Shown here piece by piece: positions 28,845 through 36,915 of a stretch of 64,000 nt of DNA. The stretch's first letter is position 1; every line of letters begins with the position of its first letter. A program made the position numbers and the translations under genes. Origin of the DNA: an uncultured Chloroflexota bacterium (GTDB lineage: Bacteria; Chloroflexota; Dehalococcoidia; Lucifugimonadales; CAJXCD01); assembly GCA_913051545.1 (NCBI GenBank), contig CAJXCD010000003.1, forward strand, positions 96,341 to 160,340, written 5' to 3'. The notes below the pieces were generated by a model. The model was not told the DNA's origin and did not search any database. It saw nothing but the letters and a program-made list of their open reading frames with translations.

Positions 28845-31800
28845 ATGTCCATTTTAGGACTAGTTCGCCGTAGAATATTATCAGACTGGAAATTGTTATC
28901 TAGCATACTAGTGGGTATCCTTATTGCCACATCCTTAGCTTCTGGCACACCGATTTACCTCTCTGCTCTAGAACAACAAGGTTTCATCACGTCAATAAAC
29001 GAAGTCTCATCACCCGTCCTAACTATAAACATGTCTGCTCCAAATATCCTTGTGTCAGAAGATTCTATTTTGGATACAGAAAACATGGTATCAAATGCTA
29101 TAGATAACTATCTGAAAGAAATACACCTTTCTACCGAGACATACATCAAAACTGATTCTTGGCTTGTTGGCTTCCCTTCAAGGCCTTTGCCCAAAGGTGG
29201 AGGAAAAGGAATCATTGCTTCAAGAGGGTACCTTCAATCACTAACAGACATCCAAGCCAATTCTACTTTTATAGATGGACGAATGGCCTTAAGCGACATA
29301 TCATTCTCGGATTACGGACCAGTAATCGAAGCTGTGATATCAAAATATACTGCCATCACATTCGATGCACAAATAGGAGATGTTTTTACCCTAACCTCTT
29401 CTCTGGCTGATCCTATAGAATTATCCATATCGATAGTCGGAATTATTGAACCCAACGATTTTAACAGCGAATACTGGAAAGAAACGCGCGTATTATTAGA
29501 TCCAGATCCTCTAACCAACGCTCCACCTCTAATGGTTCAAGTAGACCCTGATGAACCTCCATTAGCACTTTTTGTGACCGAAACTGTTATTGAACAGCTT
29601 TTAGGCAACTTTGTGTCCTCACTCATAATCGGAAATGAAATTTATCAAACCAGCAGCATCTTCCTTGCTGGAACACCAGAAATGCCTTTGCCTAAAGGCG
29701 GAGGGCAAGGTGTATTGAGTTCTGTCGGACACATGGTAAACATTTCAAATTTGGCCCAACACTCCAATTTCATTATTGGCAATATGTCTAAAGACACTGT
29801 TACTACTGGTCCTGCAGGTCCAATTGTCGAAGTTGTGGTATCGGGAAGGACCGAAACGTGGGTGCAAATTAATGTCGGAGATGTACTCACATTATCCCCT
29901 GCCTTCGGCTCAGATACTACAATCTCAGCCAAGGTAGTGGGAATCATTGAACCTGATAACGCTACAAACCCGTACTGGAGTGATGCCGGGATATTTATCC
30001 TGCCTAGTGGTGGTATGTCACAGGACGAATCATACGAACCCAACATAGGTGGTCTGACAAAAGAGCAGACCAATAGCGACCTTGGATTTGCATCAGATTC
30101 ATCCACCAATAACCCATTTCTTGTTCAACGTGACGGAGGAGAACGACCAATATCTCTCCTAGTCACGCGCAAAGCAATGGCGAAAGCCGTTGCTTCTGCT
30201 TACCCCGGTACTATATCAAATATGTTCTGGAGCATTCAGTTAAATAAAGAGAAGCTTAAGAACTGGAGCGTTCAAGAGACAAGGGACAACTTAAGAGATT
30301 TCGAAGATCACATATTACAGTCAATACCTGGTTCATCTGTAAATAGCGGATTCGTGCACGGAGTAACTCGTCAGGGCCAATCAAAAAGTACAATCTCCAA
30401 GGTGCCCTTATTACTCATAATGACTGTGATGACCGCCACAGCAATTTATCTACTTATAATGATGATCGCATACCTAGCACAAAGCCGGGATAAAGACATC
30501 GCTAGATTGCTCACAAGAGGACTAAAAACATCACAATTTGCAAAGTTGTACACGTTAGAAGGTATAACCGTAACAATAGTGGGTGTTACACTCGCACCTC
30601 TAATTGCTATGAGTCTGGTATCACTGGCCGGGGTTTTACCATTCTTCTCAGAAATAACGTTAGGAAATCCTTTACCTGTCAGATTCGACATTCTCCCTTA
30701 TATATTGTCTTTTTCAACAGGCTTGGCGTGCCTTATTATAATGGTAGCTCCTGCTATTATTTCAAAATACAGTTCTCAGTTTATCAATATACTCCCTTCT
30801 TCCCGACCACCTGCCATATCATGGCTACATAATAACAACTTGGATATTGGAGTACTTATATTAGGAGGGCTGGCATTCTGGGAATTTGAAAAACGAGGGA
30901 ACATAGTTTCCGGAGGTCTATTTAAAGAAGCTAATGTAAATGAAATCCTACTACTAGCACCTGTGTTATTTCTTATAGCGATAGGTTTAATATTCATGAG
31001 ACTCTTCCCAATAACTATGAAATTTATTGCCGGGGAATCCAGGTCGTTGGTTAATCTAATTTTCGTATTTTCAATATCAATGCTCATATTTGGGATTGCT
31101 ATCTCAGTAATAAATGGGGAAAGTAGATCTGCATGGATCCTAGCCGAATTATTACTTATATCGTTGGCTATAACTTATTGGTTCACCGAAAAGGCCGAGA
31201 GTTCGATTTCACGTCTCGGAGGGATTATAGTACAAGCTACCTTAATAGGAATTTTTATTATATCTGATGGTATCAGCACATCAGAGCCATTTTTCATACC
31301 GAAAGCCGGATTGATATCAACTCTACCGGGACAAATTATATTTCCAATCACAAAAAAGATTATAAAATTGGTGCCTGCATGGTTATCTATAAGTCTATGG
31401 TACATGGCTAGAGTGCCTATGCAATACACTTGGATTATATTACTCCTTATATTAGTTACCGGAATGGGCATGCTATCTAATACAGTAGGATCAACCCTTA
31501 AAAGAAGTGAGATTGATCAAGCCCTCTACGAAATTCCGTCAGACATTGTCGTACGTGGATCAGGAACACTATCAAGAAATCAAGAGAAATTAAGAAGTGA
31601 CTACGAATCAGTATCAGGAGTCAAATACGTATCACCTTCTATACGTCAAGCTGCCAGCATTAATACAGTCTCCACCGAAATATTGGGGGTAGAATCGGAG
31701 GAATTCTTTAATTTTGCCTGGTACAGACAGGATTTCTCATCTTCTGCAACTAGTGATCTCTTTACAAACCTAAAACTAGATAAGGTTATTGGAAAACTCG

Positions 31801-33068
31801 ATATTCCTAATGATTCTGTGTCTATCGGATTATGGCTGAACCCTATAGAGACAAGTCCATTTGCAACCTTTTTTGTAGTGCTAGGATATGGGGATGGTTC
31901 ACTTAATACTTTACCCCTGGTCGGTAATTTAGACAGACCAGGTTGGAATTTCGTGAAGGCGGATATCCCCCAAAACATCGATCCTCCCTTCCATATTGTG
32001 GCATTCCAAGTTTATGAACCAACGTTGGCTCAAGGTACTCCTGGTCAAATCCTTATAGATGGAATTCATGTCACTTCCCCTAGAGTTGCAGGTGGAATAC
32101 TCTTGGAAGGATTTGAAAATGATCTGGCTTGGAACCCAATTGAAACTTTGGGGCAAGAGAGCCATAGCATACGTATAGTCAGCTCAGATTCATATGAAGG
32201 AGAGAATTCTGGTTTATTATCATTCGGGACCCAAACTGACAGAGGGCTACGTGGCATGTACTATAATCCATCAGGTCCGTTACCTGTAGTGTTTAGTTCC
32301 AGTCTAGCGTCGATGAGTAAAACCTCTGTAGGGGACAGAACGATTGCCAGAATCGCAAATAGGTGGATATTAGTGGAAATAGTCGGGATAGTGGACTATT
32401 TCCCAACGGTTAACCCAACTGGAGGAGGTTTCATCATAGCAGATATAAATGCCCTCCTGGCACACACAAACGTGTTATTGGAAAGCTATTCCTTAAAACC
32501 AAACACAGCATTCATAGAATCGAATGAATTATCACATATAGATACGGTAAAAGCTCTTAAAGAATTAGTTGGTAGAGACATTCAAGTCAGAGATCTAGAG
32601 AGTAAACTAAATTCGATTAGACTAGATCCATTTGTAAGTGCTGGGTGGAAACCAATGCAGATTATTGCACCTGTAATAGGCACATTAGCAGCCGCAGTAG
32701 GTTATGTAACCTACCTGCTTCTGTTCACTAAACGTCGTTGGGGTGAAATGGGGGCCTTACACGTCATAGGATTCTCCAAGCTTCAAATGAAGGCGCTTCT
32801 GTTTTTCGAGCATCTCGCTATAGGGGTGATCGGTATAGGAATAGGTACTTGGGCTGGATCATTCATGAGCAAATCATTAGTGTCTTCTCTGTCCGTAACC
32901 GAAAGAGGTCAGCCTATAATTCCACCTTTCATAATCACAATCGACTGGACAATCTTATCAATAAACTACATTGCTTTAGGGCTGGTATTCATGGCTTCAC
33001 TGTATTTAGTTAACAGGCAAATGACTCAAATAAAACTTCACACCTTCCGGGAAATCCAAGATGAATAA
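28845..33068 (+). CDS. giant membrane protein with two FtsX-type permease modules and two large extracytoplasmic domains
   Basis: 1407 aa. The layout is an N-terminal TM helix, a ~480-aa hydrophilic domain with an internal 167-aa duplication, and an FtsX-like bundle (SRDKDIARLLTRGLKTSQFAKLYTLEG). More TM helices, a ~380-aa second hydrophilic domain and a C-terminal FtsX-like bundle (RRWGEMGALHVIGFSKLQMKALLFFEH) follow. Confidence 0.8.
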   Translation: MSILGLVRRRILSDWKLLSSILVGILIATSLASGTPIYLSALEQQGFITSINEVSSPVLTINMSAPNILVSEDSILDTENMVSNAIDNYLKEIHLSTETYIKTDSWLVGFPSRPLPKGGGKGIIASRGYLQSLTDIQANSTFIDGRMALSDISFSDYGPVIEAVISKYTAITFDAQIGDVFTLTSSLADPIELSISIVGIIEPNDFNSEYWKETRVLLDPDPLTNAPPLMVQVDPDEPPLALFVTETVIEQLLGNFVSSLIIGNEIYQTSSIFLAGTPEMPLPKGGGQGVLSSVGHMVNISNLAQHSNFIIGNMSKDTVTTGPAGPIVEVVVSGRTETWVQINVGDVLTLSPAFGSDTTISAKVVGIIEPDNATNPYWSDAGIFILPSGGMSQDESYEPNIGGLTKEQTNSDLGFASDSSTNNPFLVQRDGGERPISLLVTRKAMAKAVASAYPGTISNMFWSIQLNKEKLKNWSVQETRDNLRDFEDHILQSIPGSSVNSGFVHGVTRQGQSKSTISKVPLLLIMTVMTATAIYLLIMMIAYLAQSRDKDIARLLTRGLKTSQFAKLYTLEGITVTIVGVTLAPLIAMSLVSLAGVLPFFSEITLGNPLPVRFDILPYILSFSTGLACLIIMVAPAIISKYSSQFINILPSSRPPAISWLHNNNLDIGVLILGGLAFWEFEKRGNIVSGGLFKEANVNEILLLAPVLFLIAIGLIFMRLFPITMKFIAGESRSLVNLIFVFSISMLIFGIAISVINGESRSAWILAELLLISLAITYWFTEKAESSISRLGGIIVQATLIGIFIISDGISTSEPFFIPKAGLISTLPGQIIFPITKKIIKLVPAWLSISLWYMARVPMQYTWIILLLILVTGMGMLSNTVGSTLKRSEIDQALYEIPSDIVVRGSGTLSRNQEKLRSDYESVSGVKYVSPSIRQAASINTVSTEILGVESEEFFNFAWYRQDFSSSATSDLFTNLKLDKVIGKLDIPNDSVSIGLWLNPIETSPFATFFVVLGYGDGSLNTLPLVGNLDRPGWNFVKADIPQNIDPPFHIVAFQVYEPTLAQGTPGQILIDGIHVTSPRVAGGILLEGFENDLAWNPIETLGQESHSIRIVSSDSYEGENSGLLSFGTQTDRGLRGMYYNPSGPLPVVFSSSLASMSKTSVGDRTIARIANRWILVEIVGIVDYFPTVNPTGGGFIIADINALLAHTNVLLESYSLKPNTAFIESNELSHIDTVKALKELVGRDIQVRDLESKLNSIRLDPFVSAGWKPMQIIAPVIGTLAAAVGYVTYLLLFTKRRWGEMGALHVIGFSKLQMKALLFFEHLAIGVIGIGIGTWAGSFMSKSLVSSLSVTERGQPIIPPFIITIDWTILSINYIALGLVFMASLYLVNRQMTQIKLHTFREIQDE

Positions 33069-33149
33069 AAATGTTCAGCAAGAACATCTGATAAAACTTG
33101 ACTTAGATTTCGTAAATCACAATAGTTGTTGAGACTGTATACAAATCAG

Positions 33150-36100
33150 ATGACAGTAATACCAAAACACTTCTTATTAACATGGCGACTTGTAATCAAG
33201 CAGGGCTTAGCTCATTGGAAACTAATGGGATCTACTATACTCGGCGTACTACTGTCATCAGTGTTGCTTTCTGGAAGCATCATCTATTTCGACTCACTAA
33301 AAGAACTTGCCATAAGAGACAATATAAACAATCGTACGAACACAGATTTAGATATTGTACTCCGAACTACTACATCACCTATAACCGTTAAAGAATACCA
33401 ATCCGCATCTGACAAGGTAGAGCAAGAAGCAATAAGTCAAATCGGGTGGCTACATGGTCGTATACTAAAGGGCGGACGTTCTGAATCATTTTTCCTGTCT
33501 TATCCTGAAAACAAAGAAAATGCACGCAAAGGAAATTCCAGAACATATTTTAATTTCGTACCCAACTTAGAACAAAACATTACCCTAGTAGCAGGAGGAT
33601 GGTCGCCTTCGAGCGTGCAATCATTTATACCTAAAGACACCATTGCAGTCGAGGCACTAGTGTCCCTAACAGCATCTCAACAATTTGGAGTAGAAGCAGG
33701 TGACCGGTTCACAGCAGTCCACCCTTCTGATAATACCAATCCATATGTTGAAATCATTGTCACAGGAGTATTTGAAGAATCATCCAAATATGACCCCGAA
33801 TTTTGGCACCTAGACAGTGCAGTACTACAGCCACATCCTGAAAGCCCATTCAGGAATTTGCCATTTTACCTACCTGAAGAATCATTTTTTGAAATACTCG
33901 GCGCTTCGTATCCAAAAATGGAGTCCACTTACGCTTGGCTTATAGACGTTAGTGACGAAAAAATTAATGCCAGAAATTCCGAAGAAGCACTGTTAGCAAT
34001 AAGGAATTTTAATTCGATATTAAATACTACTTTACCAAACTACCGCAGTGACACAGTCCTTTCCAACATTCTTAGTGAATATCAAACTCGAATATTTTTT
34101 AGTCAAATACCTATGTTCGTAGTTCTGACACTGATAGCGATAGTAATCCTTTATTACGTTATAACACTTTCAAGTATGGCAATAGAGAATCGTAGAGCAG
34201 AAATCGTGATGTTACGAAGTCGTGGAGCTGGTACAGATCAAATATTGAGTGTATTTGCAATAGAAGGAGCATCTATAGCTCTTATAGTCACGGCTATCGC
34301 TCCACTGGTTGCCGCAATCTCCATATCATTACTAGGAATTACTCCGGCATTTTCGAACCTAACCAATGGATCATTAACAAGTGTATCAATATCTATTAAT
34401 TCTTATTATTTAAGCGGTTTAGGAGGTATTCTAAGCTTCATTGCATTAATAATACCTGCTTTTCATGCTTCAAAAACAGGAGTGAATGAGCAACGTTATC
34501 AAGCAGCAAGACCTTCCCGGATACTCATGTTTCAAAAATACTACCTCGACATACTACTTCTCTTGGCAGGTATGTTTTTATTCCAACAATTGAGCGAGCA
34601 GGGGTCTCTGATAGCAGACGATCTCCTTGGGGGACCGATTGCTAACAACATTCTTCTCTCAGTACCTGCAATCATACTTTTGGCAACAGGAATGATCTCC
34701 TTAAGACTTTTCCCTCTTTTAATGCAGATTATAAGCAAAGTACTTTCCCCAACTCTTCCTGCAGGCGTAGCACTTGGAATTTGGCAAGTAACAAGAGATC
34801 CAATACATTACTCAAGGCTATCTTTACTATTAATGTTAACCGCCGGGCTAGGCATATTTTCTTCAAATTTCGGGTCTACGCTTCAAAATAGTTTTAAAGA
34901 ACGAGTTCTCTACTCGGTAGGCAGTGATATTAGGATTAGTAACTTGGAACTTCAAGGAAATTCATCTACCTATATACCCGAATCACTTTTATTAAAATCA
35001 TTTGGTCAGATCGAGGGTGTAGACCAGTTAAGCAGAGTCTTGAGGGCACCAGCGCAGGCGTTGGGAACACAGTCAGCACCAAGTATTGTAATGCTGTCTG
35101 TAGATACTAATTCTTTTGGAGATGTCGGGTGGTTCAGGAAAGATTTTTCTGATACATCGATCACTCCCCTGCTAAAATCACTGGAAGTAAAAACACCTCC
35201 TACAGGACTTGACATACCGATTAATACAGTTGCCCTGGAAGTAAAGATTAGGTCAGATAGACTTCAACCTACAATTGAATTAAGTGCACGCATTAAAAAT
35301 TCTTTGGAGGAATATATTGACTACCCACTAGGAAACTTGTCCTCTACAGGATGGTTAGATTTAAACACAAACCTGATTAATAAAGACCATGAGGAATTTT
35401 TATCTAACCCACCGTTATCTATAGTCTCCCTACAAATCCGAGAAACACTCACTGACAAACCACTAAGCTCTGGGTCATTAATAATAGACCATATTGCAAC
35501 CATTAACTCCTCCGGCAATAGAACTATTCTCGAAGACTTTGACTCCATTTCTGGATGGCAAATCCTACGTGCTACTCGTTCAGCCTCGTCGGACAAACTG
35601 AATAAGTCTACAAGTGTGTCTAATTTAGAACCTGGATCCGCGATTTTTTCGTGGTCTCCAGGCGAACCTCTGACTCCTAGAGGTATCTTCCCCGGTCCAG
35701 CAATATCACCTCTTCCGGTACTCGCAAGCGTGGGATTTACGAATTCTACAAACTACATGAAAGATAACACTCTAGATGTGTCAATTTCTGGCATAAAAAT
35801 TCCAGTTAGAATCATAGACGTTATTAAATTTTTCCCCACTATTAAGACACAAGATGATATATTTCTCGTATCGGACTTAAATTCACTCAAAAAGTATACT
35901 AATCTAGGCGGTTTCAGTAACACTCTACCTCCCATTGAACTTTGGATATCCACGACAGAGGAATCACCTGAAATAAATCTATCAAAACGGTTGTCGGAAG
36001 TGCCTAACTACCGTGCTACTGGGATAGTAGATAGAATGTCTATGATGGCAAAATCGAAAGTTGACCCTCTAGTAGAAGCTGGATGGGAAGCTCTTTTGTT

Positions 36101-36506
36101 CGTATCATTTTCTGCTGTATTAGTCTTAAGCTGCATTGGGTTCCTACTACACGCATATATGTCTTACAAATCACGTGAGATTCAATTCGCATTGGCTCGA
36201 ACGATGGGTTTCTCCACCAAACAACTCAATGTCATGATTTGGGTAGAACATGGATTTATAATTATAATAGGTATGGCACTAGGAACGTGGATAGGTAGCA
36301 GGCTCAGTGCTACCGTTATGCCATTCTTAAGTCACGATGACCGTGGAAGTAGAGTGATACCTCCCTTTACAATGGAATATGACTGGATCACTTTACTCAT
36401 AACTTATTCAATCATGTTATTAATTTTCACATTGACTTTGTTAAGTCTTGTTTCGATTATAAATAGAATTACAATTCAGAAGACCCTTCGATTAGGCGAC
36501 CTTTAA
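33150..36506 (+). CDS. giant membrane protein with two FtsX-type permease modules (paralog of the upstream gene)
   Basis: About 1118 aa from the ATG at 33150; the ORF is open from a TTG at 33126. It has the same layout as the upstream protein, with FtsX-like loops ENRRAEIVMLRSRGAGTDQILSVFAIEG and YKSREIQFALARTMGFSTKQLNVMIWVEH and a shared C-terminal IPPF...DW motif. Confidence 0.8.
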   Translation: MTVIPKHFLLTWRLVIKQGLAHWKLMGSTILGVLLSSVLLSGSIIYFDSLKELAIRDNINNRTNTDLDIVLRTTTSPITVKEYQSASDKVEQEAISQIGWLHGRILKGGRSESFFLSYPENKENARKGNSRTYFNFVPNLEQNITLVAGGWSPSSVQSFIPKDTIAVEALVSLTASQQFGVEAGDRFTAVHPSDNTNPYVEIIVTGVFEESSKYDPEFWHLDSAVLQPHPESPFRNLPFYLPEESFFEILGASYPKMESTYAWLIDVSDEKINARNSEEALLAIRNFNSILNTTLPNYRSDTVLSNILSEYQTRIFFSQIPMFVVLTLIAIVILYYVITLSSMAIENRRAEIVMLRSRGAGTDQILSVFAIEGASIALIVTAIAPLVAAISISLLGITPAFSNLTNGSLTSVSISINSYYLSGLGGILSFIALIIPAFHASKTGVNEQRYQAARPSRILMFQKYYLDILLLLAGMFLFQQLSEQGSLIADDLLGGPIANNILLSVPAIILLATGMISLRLFPLLMQIISKVLSPTLPAGVALGIWQVTRDPIHYSRLSLLLMLTAGLGIFSSNFGSTLQNSFKERVLYSVGSDIRISNLELQGNSSTYIPESLLLKSFGQIEGVDQLSRVLRAPAQALGTQSAPSIVMLSVDTNSFGDVGWFRKDFSDTSITPLLKSLEVKTPPTGLDIPINTVALEVKIRSDRLQPTIELSARIKNSLEEYIDYPLGNLSSTGWLDLNTNLINKDHEEFLSNPPLSIVSLQIRETLTDKPLSSGSLIIDHIATINSSGNRTILEDFDSISGWQILRATRSASSDKLNKSTSVSNLEPGSAIFSWSPGEPLTPRGIFPGPAISPLPVLASVGFTNSTNYMKDNTLDVSISGIKIPVRIIDVIKFFPTIKTQDDIFLVSDLNSLKKYTNLGGFSNTLPPIELWISTTEESPEINLSKRLSEVPNYRATGIVDRMSMMAKSKVDPLVEAGWEALLFVSFSAVLVLSCIGFLLHAYMSYKSREIQFALARTMGFSTKQLNVMIWVEHGFIIIIGMALGTWIGSRLSATVMPFLSHDDRGSRVIPPFTMEYDWITLLITYSIMLLIFTLTLLSLVSIINRITIQKTLRLGDL

Positions 36507-36540
36507 GTAACGAACTAACCACAGGAGAAAGTATATATAA

Positions 36541-36825
36541 ATGACCCTAGAAAGGGATACAAGGACCGGTCTTCATCTTCCCCAGAAAGTAAACAATAAA
36601 GAAGTTAAAGATGTGGAGCGCTGGCAATGTCGAAGAGGGCATGTGCTTAGTGCTCCAGAACCGTATAGAGTCGAAATGTTAGTCGATGGAGAAATAGTAC
36701 ATCAAACCAGACCGTTATGCCCAAGATGCTTTGGAGATTGGCTGGAAAAACAATTTCGGACTGACAAAGTAGCCACTTTACCTCAGGATACCATGTCAAA
36801 ACAACGCCACCGTAAGCAAAAGTAA
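36541..36825 (+). CDS. small zinc-ribbon-like protein with a basic C-terminal tail
   Basis: 94 aa with an AGGAGA SD 12 nt upstream. Putative metal ligands are WQCRRGH ... LCPRCF, and the tail is KQRHRKQK. It starts 34 nt after the second FtsX-type gene. Confidence 0.55.
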   Translation: MTLERDTRTGLHLPQKVNNKEVKDVERWQCRRGHVLSAPEPYRVEMLVDGEIVHQTRPLCPRCFGDWLEKQFRTDKVATLPQDTMSKQRHRKQK

Positions 36826-36915
36826 CCCACTCGTATTGAGAATAAACTACATTCGATTTCCAATAGTTTAACTATAAAATATTGATACTAGAAAGACTGA
36901 AGCATATCATTGAAG

